From an uncultured virus (IMG/VR IMGVR_UViG_3300024255_001771) (lineage: Duplodnaviria > Heunggongvirae > Uroviricota > Caudoviricetes): 64,000 bases of DNA. Positions 1 through 9,700 of the stretch are shown here, one piece after another. Position numbers and translations under genes: made by a program. The notes under the pieces were generated by a model. It saw only the letters and a program-made list of their open reading frames with translations, ran no database searches and was not told where the DNA came from. The stretch's first letter is position 1; the number at the start of each line of letters is the position of its first letter. Where the stretch lies: positions 1 to 64,000 of IMG/VR virus record IMGVR_UViG_3300024255_001771. The stretch is one strand, 5' to 3'.

Positions 1-329
1 AATCTCAAAATGCGCTTCATGTGAGTCTGCACCAGCCGAGACTTGGAAGTAGGTAATTGTTTATACACAAAGTACAATGGGCTCTGACCTTTCCCAACCT
101 ACGTCGACATTATGTTGCTTATAATATACAATGTACATTATATGTAACACTATTCCCTCGCTTCGTTCCTAGTGCTAAAGGGTTTTTATGTACTGTGTTG
201 TGTTTTTCAATTGCTAACATTCAATCTACGTCAATCCAACGCCTTATTACCAGACGCGACTCAACGTGTTACGTGTGCTTCTATACGAGAGCTTTTTCCA
301 CAGCGGTAAATTAATCTGGCCCGCCAACC
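1..329 (-). ncRNA. Candidate structured non-coding RNA downstream of the GIY-YIG gene (probably continues past the left edge)
   Basis: Longest non-coding stretch in a window of abutting genes. Several inverted repeats (+ coordinates): 24-28/39-43, 43-54/87-102, 113-149, 155-182, 239-257, 303-306/321-324. No credible ORF. Confidence 0.5.
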
Positions 330-779
330 TTATGTGTTAGATTGTTTTGCCTTGATGTTTTGTTCTAGCAATGCCTGTTTGAGTTTGTCTGAACCGCCTA
401 CTCTAACATTGATGATACCGTTATAGTAATCGTCAGTTTCAAGTACTCGCCTATCAAACTGTTCTCTTGCCTCTATGTAGGACATTTCGCCCCTACCTTT
501 ACATAGGTATAATATTTCTCTTGTAAACTTATCTGAGCCTATTGATGCTACGTCTGCGTTTAGTCTGTCTGAACTACCGTAGTATGTTCTCCAGTCGCTT
601 TCTTTATAGCCTCGTCGTTTATTTTTTCTGCCTTTAAGCGGTGGCTTAGTAGTTTTAAATTTTGCTAGTTTCTTGCCTATGTATTTTTGTCCTGTAGTGA
701 TATTTGTAATAAGATAAACAAAGCCTTCGTACTCTTCTGGTATTTCGTCTATTATTTTACCTTCAAATGTCCACTGCAT
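330..779 (-). CDS. Compact GIY-YIG family endonuclease (Seg-like catalytic domain only)
   Basis: GFVYLITN-x6-YIGKK motif, YYGSS, F-x-REIL, helix Glu (YIEAREQ) and terminal YYN; 149 aa. Confidence 0.85.
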   Translation of the reverse strand: MQWTFEGKIIDEIPEEYEGFVYLITNITTGQKYIGKKLAKFKTTKPPLKGRKNKRRGYKESDWRTYYGSSDRLNADVASIGSDKFTREILYLCKGRGEMSYIEAREQFDRRVLETDDYYNGIINVRVGGSDKLKQALLEQNIKAKQSNT

Positions 780-796
780 CCAGTATATATGTGTGC

Positions 797-1516
797 CTAA
801 GTCTTTTTGCCTTCTCGTTTGGACAAAATGTTTTTTCTCTTATAATACATGCCTTTTTGTGTAAAGATATAATCTAATTCGTCTCCGTAAAATACATCAT
901 CACCAACTTCTTGCATATGAATTACAATTTCTTTATCCTCTAATGGAATTATTTGTACTAGCGGATTTCCTGCTTCGAGTAAAAATTTTCCGCTACCTCC
1001 AAATTTATTTTTCGGTATCCAAATATTAATATTAGTTGTAGTTTGATATTTGAAATCTAAAATACCATTTGGAACAAAATAATTAGTTTGAGGATCATTC
1101 CAAAAAGAATTAGTCATCATAAATTTTGCACCTGTTTTTTCTCTAAATCGCCAAGGTGATGAAATCTTTAAATGATGATAACCTTTAAACAATGAATGAT
1201 TCCCCCATTGCCAACTTGGATGTCCGTCTGCCATTTCTTCTGGCTCAGTTTTAACAACTCCGTTTGCATGATCTACAAACATATCACACCAAACAGGAAT
1301 AACAATACCGGCCTTTAATGTATCAGTTATTCCAGGACATAATTTTACAGTTCCTACATTACCACCAGTATCAGTTTGTGCTGTTGTAGGCAACTTTTTA
1401 AACCATTCAGGCATGAAAGCAGAACTAGATTCTATTGGAAAAAGTTTAGTAATACCACCAAAATTAGTAAAGCAATCTATATGTAATTTTTCTTTCTTTT
1501 TCCAAATATTAAACAT
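797..1516 (-). CDS. Hypothetical protein of a type common in aquatic T4-like phages (possible beta-clip/dUTPase-like fold)
   Basis: 239 aa; PEWFKKLP, TVKLCPGI, GIVIPVWCD and AGNPLVQIIPL segments; overlaps the upstream gene. Confidence 0.6.
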   Translation of the reverse strand: MFNIWKKKEKLHIDCFTNFGGITKLFPIESSSAFMPEWFKKLPTTAQTDTGGNVGTVKLCPGITDTLKAGIVIPVWCDMFVDHANGVVKTEPEEMADGHPSWQWGNHSLFKGYHHLKISSPWRFREKTGAKFMMTNSFWNDPQTNYFVPNGILDFKYQTTTNINIWIPKNKFGGSGKFLLEAGNPLVQIIPLEDKEIVIHMQEVGDDVFYGDELDYIFTQKGMYYKRKNILSKREGKKT

Positions 1517-1700
1517 TATTTTTCTTATCCAAATACTTTACGTGTATTTCTTCCATTCTGTCTTTTGCAAGTGATCTAATATCTCTTAAACATTTTCTTA
1601 CATACCTGTGTGTACGTACACTATTCCGTGTTTCAAACAGCTCGTTTGCTCGAAAGTATTCTAAATATGCTTGAGCTAATTTATCTTGTGTATCATCCAT
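1509..1700 (-). CDS. Small hypothetical protein
   Basis: 63 aa; start overlaps the gp46 stop (TAATG) and stop overlaps the next start. Confidence 0.7.
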   Translation of the reverse strand: MDDTQDKLAQAYLEYFRANELFETRNSVRTHRYVRKCLRDIRSLAKDRMEEIHVKYLDKKNNV

Positions 1701-3472
1701 TATTCTACAACTTCAATATCATTTTCATAATTTGTAAATCCATTTTCTTTGATAACTTTTAGAACATGATTAACACGACCAATTAGTTCGTCTTTGTGCG
1801 AAATAAGATAAATGTTCTTTTCACGTTCTCTACCCATTTTCTTTAAGATGCTTAATGAATTTTCAACACCGGCAGCATCCATACCACTGTCAATAAGTTC
1901 GTCAATAAACAACAAGTTTACGCCTTGATATAAACTCTCCCAAACATCTCTAAATGCAAACGACAAGCCGAGTATAAGTCTATTACGCTCTCCTCTTGAT
2001 AAATTATCAAAGTCTAAATCTTGTCCTAATTGTGTAATTTCAACATTTAAATCATTTAAAAACACAACCTGATGAGGCAATCCTAGTTTGTCTAAATAAT
2101 AAGACAACCGATTATTTAAGTATGCTAAATTTTGATCAATAATTTTCTTACGAATAAAGCTATCTTTGTTTGTTAGTAACTTTAACAAAAATTCTTGATG
2201 TTCTTTATAATCTGTTAATACGTTAATTTCGTCCCAATTGATTTCTTGTATAGCACTGTTGTTTAATTCGTCAATCTGCGTTTGATAAGGATCAGTTTCA
2301 TTTTGTTTTGAAACAAGTGCAGTCCTTAAACTATCAACATTTTGTCTATGCTCATATGCTTCTTTAGCAGTTTCATAGAATGTAGTAGGCTTACCATTAA
2401 TGTCACCTATTTTATCCAAAGCAAGCATAACGTCTTTTACTTTAGTAGTAATTTCTAGTGCATATGCTTTTGCATCATCTAATTCTTTTTCTTTACGTTC
2501 TGCAATTTCTGCTTTTTTGTCTGCATGTAGCTCTTGTCCACATGTATAACACGTAGCATCTTCTAAATCTGCGACATCTTTAACAAGTTTTGTTACACTC
2601 TTATCAGCACGTTGTAGTGCCGGTTCCAAAGTACTAAGTTCTTTTTTAAGAGCCAAAATAGCATTGTTATGATCAGTCCAATTTGATAGTTTTTCATGCG
2701 ATTCTAGTTCAATGTCAATGTTTACATGTTCTAATTCGTCAATTCCTAAGGTTAGTTTTTCAACGTCTTGTGATTTCTTAGAAAGCCACGCCCGCTGTGT
2801 TCTTTGTAAACTAGAAATTGTCCCTTCAATCTTACTGTTAGCTGTTTGTATAGCTTCTATCTTTAAAGTTTCAGTTGTAATACTATCTTTAGTTTGTTTA
2901 ACACTTTCTTTAAGTCTATCTGCTTTTTCAGTTAGTATAGTAATACCAAGTAACTGTTCGATGATTGCACGTTGGTCATTAGCTCTCATAGATAAGAACG
3001 GCTCAGAGTATGTGTTTAGTGCAACAATGTGCTTAAACATATCATGACTCATACCTAGCAATTCGTGGATTGACTCTTGTGTTTTTCGGCTATCACCTTG
3101 CGACTCGTCAATCATTTCTTGTTCTTGTTCGTTAATGTAGAACTTTAGAATGTTAGGTGATCTACCTCGTTCAATTCTATAATCAACACCATTCTTTTCA
3201 AAATGAAGTGTAACTAACATACCTTTAGAATTAGTCTTGTTTATAAGATTATTTCGTTTAATATTAGTTAAGGCAGTACCATATAATGCATAACTTAGTG
3301 CATTAATTATTGTAGTTTTGCCTGTACCGTTTCTTGATCCAGTATCATCACCACCTTGGTCTAAATTTTCACCAAGTACTAGTGTTAATTGTTCTCGATT
3401 AAAATCTACAGCCTGGGTTTGATTGCCCACACTCATGAAGTTTTTAACTGTTAAATCTTTAATTCGTATCAT
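1700..3472 (-). CDS. gp46: Recombination ATPase subunit, T4 gp46/SbcC/Rad50-like
   Basis: Walker A NGTGKT, coiled coil with zinc hook CYTCG, signature LSRGE, Walker B LLFIDE, H-loop ISH. Confidence 0.95.
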   Translation of the reverse strand: MIRIKDLTVKNFMSVGNQTQAVDFNREQLTLVLGENLDQGGDDTGSRNGTGKTTIINALSYALYGTALTNIKRNNLINKTNSKGMLVTLHFEKNGVDYRIERGRSPNILKFYINEQEQEMIDESQGDSRKTQESIHELLGMSHDMFKHIVALNTYSEPFLSMRANDQRAIIEQLLGITILTEKADRLKESVKQTKDSITTETLKIEAIQTANSKIEGTISSLQRTQRAWLSKKSQDVEKLTLGIDELEHVNIDIELESHEKLSNWTDHNNAILALKKELSTLEPALQRADKSVTKLVKDVADLEDATCYTCGQELHADKKAEIAERKEKELDDAKAYALEITTKVKDVMLALDKIGDINGKPTTFYETAKEAYEHRQNVDSLRTALVSKQNETDPYQTQIDELNNSAIQEINWDEINVLTDYKEHQEFLLKLLTNKDSFIRKKIIDQNLAYLNNRLSYYLDKLGLPHQVVFLNDLNVEITQLGQDLDFDNLSRGERNRLILGLSFAFRDVWESLYQGVNLLFIDELIDSGMDAAGVENSLSILKKMGREREKNIYLISHKDELIGRVNHVLKVIKENGFTNYENDIEVVE

Positions 3473-4476
3473 TCTAAACCATTATATATTTGTAAGAGAG
3501 TGTTCTTATTGTAGTTGGCAGTATCTAGTTCTGCTATTTCACTTGCTACAATTTGATCAACACTTTCAAATTGTGCAATATCTAAATCTGTACTAATTTC
3601 TTCCATCTGCTTTTGCGGTATAAGTGTTAGTTCACGAACACCGTAATTGCTAATATAAGTTTCTTTAATAAAGTTAGCTTCTTCATAACTAATTGGTAAG
3701 TCTAGTGTAACACGCAAATACATCTTATCTTTAATAAGTTTGTCAGTGTCATCAATTAGTTTAGAAAGTTTTATTGTTCTGTATTTTGGACAGGCTTCCC
3801 AGTTAATGTACTCGGGTTCGCCCCCGTGTTCTAGTACCATCATTCCGCGATCATCGTCCCATGCATCTGCATAGTTGTGCGGAAATGCATTACCTAAGTA
3901 ATGTACTTTACCCTGCTTTTGACGTTTGTGAAAGTGTCCTGAAAACACATATTCTTGATTAACAAAATGTTCAGCCTTTAAGTCTCCGTGATCAGGCATC
4001 TGCACCATGGCATTCATATAGAAGCTAGGTAGTTCAAAATGACCAAACAAATACTTGGCTTTAATTTTTCCTACTTTTTTCCATTCATCACCAACTAACC
4101 ATGGAACAAGAGCAACGTCATCTTCGACTAGTATCTTGTCAACTACTGTAATACCAGGTATATGCCTAGCAAACTCAGTAGAACTTACATCACGTTTGTC
4201 TTTGTAATATAAATCATGATTTCCTACAAACATCAAAACTTTATCAAATGCTTTGCCTAACTTTTCCATACTACGAATTGTTGCATCCATAGTAGTAAGA
4301 TTAAGTGAATTTCTGTTGTGATGCCAATCGCCGCAAAAAATGCAGGTTTCGCAACCTTTTTCTTTTGCATTAACAATAAACCAATCAATGAATTCTTCAC
4401 AGTCTGAGTTATGCGTTCGGCTATTACTTTTAAGGCCAAAGTGTATGTCAGTAAAAACTGCTGCTTTCTTAAACAA
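3469..4476 (-). CDS. gp47: Recombination nuclease subunit, T4 gp47/SbcD/Mre11-like
   Basis: Metallophosphoesterase motifs DIH, GD, GNHD, GH, GHFH; adjacent to gp46; TTG start with upstream GGAG. Confidence 0.95.
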   Translation of the reverse strand: MFKKAAVFTDIHFGLKSNSRTHNSDCEEFIDWFIVNAKEKGCETCIFCGDWHHNRNSLNLTTMDATIRSMEKLGKAFDKVLMFVGNHDLYYKDKRDVSSTEFARHIPGITVVDKILVEDDVALVPWLVGDEWKKVGKIKAKYLFGHFELPSFYMNAMVQMPDHGDLKAEHFVNQEYVFSGHFHKRQKQGKVHYLGNAFPHNYADAWDDDRGMMVLEHGGEPEYINWEACPKYRTIKLSKLIDDTDKLIKDKMYLRVTLDLPISYEEANFIKETYISNYGVRELTLIPQKQMEEISTDLDIAQFESVDQIVASEIAELDTANYNKNTLLQIYNGLE

Positions 4477-4506
4477 AATATAGTCTCCGGGTTATCTACT
4501 TGTTAT

Positions 4507-4535
4507 ATTATATAACAAAAATGTACACTTGTCAA
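4507..4535 (-). promoter_or_regulatory. Sigma70-type promoter for the gp47-gp46 operon
   Basis: Minus strand reads TTGACA (4535-4530), 17 nt, TATAAT (4512-4507): perfect consensus in an intergenic gap. Confidence 0.85.
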
Positions 4536-5363
4536 CTACTTTTTTGAAAGTTCTTTTTGTCTTTTTAGGGAAGCTTCCCATTCGCCTGCATGTTGTCTTG
4601 TATAACTTGGATTCAAGTCATTCATTTCAAGAATATCGTCTCTAATATTTTGATTGCGTTTTTCAATATTAATAACACGTACAAAACTATTAGTTACAGC
4701 CGCAGTATAGTAAGCAAACGGATTTTGTGATTTTGACTCGTCAAACTGTAAGCCAATCTGTGCTAACTGCAAGATTGCTTGACCACGCATTTCGTCATTG
4801 TAAGTGTAACCACGTACATTGCCTCTTGTTGCGTATCTATCACAAAGTTTCATCCACATCATAGCTAGATTGTTTGTTGCCTTACCATGTGATTTACTAA
4901 AGCAACCGTTTTCCATTCCACCTTCCCAATGACTTTTTCCTACACATACTAATTCGCCGTCATCTGTAAACTTATAATGTTTAAATGGAGGAAAGTTTAA
5001 TTTAGTTTTTGTGTCTGCTATAGTCTTCGGATTCTTTTTTCTTCCGGGTTCTTCTGGAATATGATCAAATGTCATGACACGAAAAATTAGTTCTTCTTTT
5101 GTAATTTTTCTATAATCAACTTCGCACTCTGCTTGTTTAACTTTTTGTCCGGCCATCTTACGTGCTTCGTAGTCAGCTGTGCTTAGACGTTTTGCTTTGT
5201 TGCGTTTTGCTTCTGCAATAGTTCTAATATTAACTTTGTCAACATCTAATAAAATAATATCAAACTGTCCGTAATCTTCTTCTACGTAACTGTTATATGT
5301 ATTCTTAGATTTGTGTATTTCTTTTAAAATGTCCTTATTATTAAGGTAGTTCTTTTTTCTCAT
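4536..5363 (-). CDS. gp55: Late-transcription sigma factor, T4 gp55-like, with long N-terminal insertion
   Basis: NYLNNKDIL start; RGYTYNDEM and FDESKSQNPFAYYT-x5-SFVRVINIEK motifs; T4-like synteny 55-47-46. Confidence 0.88.
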   Translation of the reverse strand: MRKKNYLNNKDILKEIHKSKNTYNSYVEEDYGQFDIILLDVDKVNIRTIAEAKRNKAKRLSTADYEARKMAGQKVKQAECEVDYRKITKEELIFRVMTFDHIPEEPGRKKNPKTIADTKTKLNFPPFKHYKFTDDGELVCVGKSHWEGGMENGCFSKSHGKATNNLAMMWMKLCDRYATRGNVRGYTYNDEMRGQAILQLAQIGLQFDESKSQNPFAYYTAAVTNSFVRVINIEKRNQNIRDDILEMNDLNPSYTRQHAGEWEASLKRQKELSKK

Positions 5364-5392
5364 TTTTGCTCCAGGCTTATAGTATATATACT

Positions 5393-5421
5393 ATTATAAT
5401 ATACGTAGTTAAATTTGTCAA
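5393..5421 (-). promoter_or_regulatory. Sigma70-type promoter for gp55
   Basis: Minus strand TTGACA (5421-5416), 17 nt, TATAAT (5398-5393). Confidence 0.85.
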
Positions 5422-5422
5422 C

Positions 5423-5428
5423 TAAATA
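5423..5428 (+). promoter_or_regulatory. Putative late promoter (TAAATA) for the baseplate operon
   Basis: TAAATA, then AGGAG RBS, then ATG 5450; the same hexamer recurs before other structural genes. Confidence 0.7.
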
Positions 5429-5449
5429 CTATGTAGGAGATAAAGAAAT

Positions 5450-6433
5450 ATGGGACTTTTTAGCGGATTTAATCAATTATCATCAATGGCAAGCTCTGTA
5501 AAGAACGCTCAGAGTACATTTAATAATCTAAAATCAAATGCTACCGCAGCTTTTGGCGGAGTTAGTGGCTTACAAGGTGCTATCGGAAACTTTGCTAGTA
5601 AACCGTCAATTGGTGGCTTAAAAGGCTTAGTATCTCAAGGATCAGATTTACTTAATCTTGCCAAAGGTGCAACAGCTGACTTTAACGCTCTCAAAGGTAC
5701 CTTTACACGGGGTTTTGGAACTAGAAGCAGAATGGGAGCAGCAGGCGGTCCTCCACCTGGCGCTAACCCAATTTCTGCTAATTCGGCACAGGCTCAACTA
5801 ATAAGTCAAAGTGTGTCAGCTGGCGGAATTGATCCTGAATCAAATGATTGGAGAGTTAGTTTATCTATACCTCAAGCTATTACTGACAGTGCTTTATTTA
5901 ACCCATTTAAAAACAGTGGCGGCAAACTAGTTTTTCCGTTTACACCTACAATATTATTTGGTAATACAGCAAGTTATAGTCAAATACATCCAACTCATGT
6001 AAACTATCCTTATAATGCATATGAAAACAGTCAAGTAGATGCAATAACAATTACAGGTGAATTTTATAGCGAATCGTCAGCTGATGCCGTATACTGGATT
6101 GCTGTGTTACATTATCTTAGAACAATGACTAAAATGTTCTATGGCGACGGAGCATACAGTGGTAATCCACCTTTGGTTGCTAGACTAAACGGATATGGCA
6201 GACATGTTCTTAATAACATACCTGTAGTTGTAAGTAACTTTACAACCGATTTACCTGCAGAAGTAGATTATATAAAAGTTAATTTAGAAAACCAAGATAA
6301 CTATGTTCCTGTACAATCTACAATTACAGTAACACTATTACCACAGTACAGTAGAACAACACAATCTACATTTAATCTACAGAAGTTTGCGAACGGCGAT
6401 TATGCGGCCAGTGGCACAGAAGGATTTATCTAA
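5450..6433 (+). CDS. Baseplate/tail-tube initiator-like protein (gp48/gp54-like)
   Basis: Gly/Ala-rich N-terminus; C-terminal domain LVFPFTPTI...ITITGEF...GNPPLVARLNGYG...IPVVVSNFT resembles tube-initiator proteins; precedes a gp53-like gene. Confidence 0.6.
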   Translation: MGLFSGFNQLSSMASSVKNAQSTFNNLKSNATAAFGGVSGLQGAIGNFASKPSIGGLKGLVSQGSDLLNLAKGATADFNALKGTFTRGFGTRSRMGAAGGPPPGANPISANSAQAQLISQSVSAGGIDPESNDWRVSLSIPQAITDSALFNPFKNSGGKLVFPFTPTILFGNTASYSQIHPTHVNYPYNAYENSQVDAITITGEFYSESSADAVYWIAVLHYLRTMTKMFYGDGAYSGNPPLVARLNGYGRHVLNNIPVVVSNFTTDLPAEVDYIKVNLENQDNYVPVQSTITVTLLPQYSRTTQSTFNLQKFANGDYAASGTEGFI

Positions 6434-6723
6434 TGAGTATGAACCCCTATGCAAAAACAGGTATAACAAGATCAGGTTACTTAGATATATTAAAGATTAT
6501 ACCAATCCCAGCTGAAGATGATGACGTAATATTTGAAATTACACCTAATTATCATAATCGGCCAGATCTATTAGCATATGATTTATACGGTACAAAGGAT
6601 CTATGGTGGATATTTGCACAGCGTAATATGGACATAATAAAAGATCCAATATACGATTTTTCTGCAGGAACACAAATACGGTTGCCTAAAGAAACTAATA
6701 TGAAAACATTGATAGGAGCTTAA
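6433..6723 (+). CDS. gp53: Baseplate wedge protein, gp53-like (LysM-like)
   Basis: RPDLLAYDLYG-x3-LWWIFAQRN and G-x2-IRLP motifs. Confidence 0.8.
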   Translation: MSMNPYAKTGITRSGYLDILKIIPIPAEDDDVIFEITPNYHNRPDLLAYDLYGTKDLWWIFAQRNMDIIKDPIYDFSAGTQIRLPKETNMKTLIGA

Positions 6724-6724
6724 T

Positions 6725-9700
6725 ATGGGTTTTGGCAGTTTCATATCTTCAAATATTTCAGGAGCAGCCGGCTCCCTTGGAAACTTTAATAAAAATTTAA
6801 CGGCGGCACAAAATCAACTATCTAAAGTCAATTTTGGCGGATTTAACAAAGATTTACGCGGCGCAATATCTGGTATATCAGGACTACCAGGAAACGTACA
6901 AGGCATAACAGATAATTTTACTAGAAAGTTAGAAAGTATTCAGCGAGCCGGTATGCAAGATTTTGAAATGGGCCTTCTTGGAAAGATACCTCTAGTCAAA
7001 GATTTTGAATCAATGAGTAATGCTATCAAAGTATTGCCTGGCGGATTAGCTGGCGGCATTGGTGAAAATGTTATTAACAGTGCTATAGCAAAAGTAGCAG
7101 GCGGATCAATAGGTGGCCTCTTAAATTCAGCAACAAGTCTATTCAGCGGCGACTTAGGAGGAGCGTTTTTTGGACTAGCATCAATAGGCTCAGGTGGTAG
7201 AACTGATAGATCTAACACAGCTATAGCAACTGATGCTAATGGTAGATTAAAAAATCCTTTAAGATCATACGCTGCATATAATTACAGAATTACATTAGCT
7301 TGTATAACCAGTGCTGAAGTAAACACACCCGAAAGTGGATTTAGGTCTCGTGGGTTATCTAATGTAATTTGCCAAACCGGCGGCGGCGCACTTACGGAAA
7401 GAGTTACTACATTTGGCGAAGTAAACTACAATACTACCGGAGAGTATTATTTAGAAGACTTAGAAATGGATGCACTTATTGCTCCAAATTCTAAAACTGG
7501 TGTTGCAATGGGTACAAATATTGCATTTACAGTACTAGAACCATATAGTATGGGACAGTTTTTAGAAGCTATGCAGGTAGCAGCAGTACAAGCAAATCAT
7601 GCAAATTATATCGAAGCACCGTATATATTGAGAATACAGTTTTTGGGGTTTGATGAAAATAGTGCTCCAATGCCAAATAAACAAGAACAAAACGTTACAA
7701 CAAAATACGTTCCGATAAAACTAACTAATGTTGAATTTCAAGTTGACGGACAAGGTAGTAGATATTCAGTTGAAGCAATTCCTTACAATGAACAAGCACT
7801 TGTTGATGAAATTGCACAAGTACCAACAGATGTATCAATTAGTGGTAATGCTGTTGATGAATATTTACAAAGAGGCGAACGCAGTTTAACAAATGTACTA
7901 AACGCTAGAAATGAAACACGTGAAGATGCTAATGTTTCTCCTCAAGAAGATAGATATATTATTATGTTTCCTGATGACAAGCAAGGTGCTACAAGTGCAG
8001 TAGAAGCCGCGGGTGGGGCTAATGTTTATGAAACATTAAAGAATTTTTCAGAAACTCACGTAAATGAAATTGGTAGGGCTATTCTAACTAATGATACAAA
8101 TGAAGGTGGCACTAGACCAATGGGAAGTCATGTTGATGCAATGTATGATGACGGGCCAATAAGATATATGAATCGACAAGCAGTAGCACAACAAGATCTT
8201 GAAAGAACAGGGCAGTATGTACAAGGTACAAATATTGTTGGTATTATAGAAGATGTTATTATTAGTAGTGAATACGGAAAATCACTTGCAGAAACTCCTG
8301 CTGAAAATGGGTTTAAAACATGGTTCAAAGTTGAAACAATGGTTTTTGATACTGAAAATATAGCAAGCGAATTAACAAACGGTACTAAAGCAAAAGTGTA
8401 TGTATATAGTGTTGTTCCTTTTTTAGCAGACGAGGCTAAATTTATGGGACCTGGTAGAACACCTTCTAGTACAGAAGAATTAAAGGCAAACGCAGTAAAA
8501 GAATACAACTATTTCTACACAGGAAAAAATGAAGATGTATTAGATTTTGCAATTGAATTTAAAGGAGCGTTCTATCAAAACTTGTATGCAGATTTAGGAC
8601 AGTTTAATTTACCAATTAGATCAGGCGCCGGAAGTGAAGTTGTTGCAAATACACCACCTCCTGGAACGGTTGTAGCACCTCCTGGCATTGGTCCAGCCGG
8701 CGGTGGCGGCTTAGCAGAACCAAAAGCTCCTGTTAGAAACAGCGATGGCAAATCACCTGTACCAAACGGAATAGCTACAACTGCATCATCGGGTACAAAA
8801 CGTGCAATTGCTGAAGCATTTCATAACACATTAATTAATGGTGATACTGATATGGTACAAGCTGAAATGGAAATTTGGGGAGATCCTTTCTATATTCCAA
8901 CAAGCGGAATGGGAAATTACAATGCACCAGCAAGTGGAGTAAAGCGTAATACAAATGCTGATGGCGGCATGGACTACCAAAACGAAGAAGTATTAATTGT
9001 TGTAAACTTTAGAACTCCTACAGATTATGCCGAAGGCGGACTGATGCAATTTAGCACTATAGTAAAGCCGTTTAGTGGACTATTCCAAGTAAATGAAGTT
9101 ACAAATACATTCAGTAAAGGTCAATTCAAGACTAATTTAAAAATGATTAGACGTCGCGGCCAAAATGATGAAGCAACAGGTCAGTCTGAAGCAATAACAG
9201 AAGGTGCTACAAATAATATGGATCCTCGTGCAGCTGATAGAATGGCAGCGGGACAATACGCAGGACCAGGCGGCCCAGTAGGCAACCAACAAAACCGTAC
9301 ACTAACAAATGCAAATTCTCCAACAACAAGCGGCGGAACTGGGCCAGGTGCGACAAACAGTACAGCACCAGCCGGTAGTCCAGCTGGAAGCGGGGGACAA
9401 CTTGCAACTATTACAACTAGTAAGAAAGGCAAATCAACACAAGTAGCAGCATCACTAGCACCGCAGTTTCAAGCAATGATTGACGAATTAGAAAATGTCT
9501 ACGGGTATGAAATATACAGCATTGGCGGCTATAATTATAGATATATTGGCGACACGTCAACACTGAGTTGGCACTCCGGCGGCATTGCTATTGATATTAA
9601 CCCTCGTGAAAACCCATTTGGTCCAAACTATATAACAGACATGCCAGCAGGCGGCACAGGTAGTGAAATGGTTGCATTAGCAAACAAATACGGAATGGGT

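Noticed and set aside
57..314. 85-aa plus-strand ORF
   Set aside because: Non-ATG start, no recognisable motif, antisense to the local transcription direction; the region is better explained as non-coding
1..329. tRNA, tmRNA, RNase P RNA or CRISPR array in the non-coding stretch
   Set aside because: No cloverleaf or T-loop, no RNase P GAGGAAAGUCC signature, and no regularly spaced repeats seen
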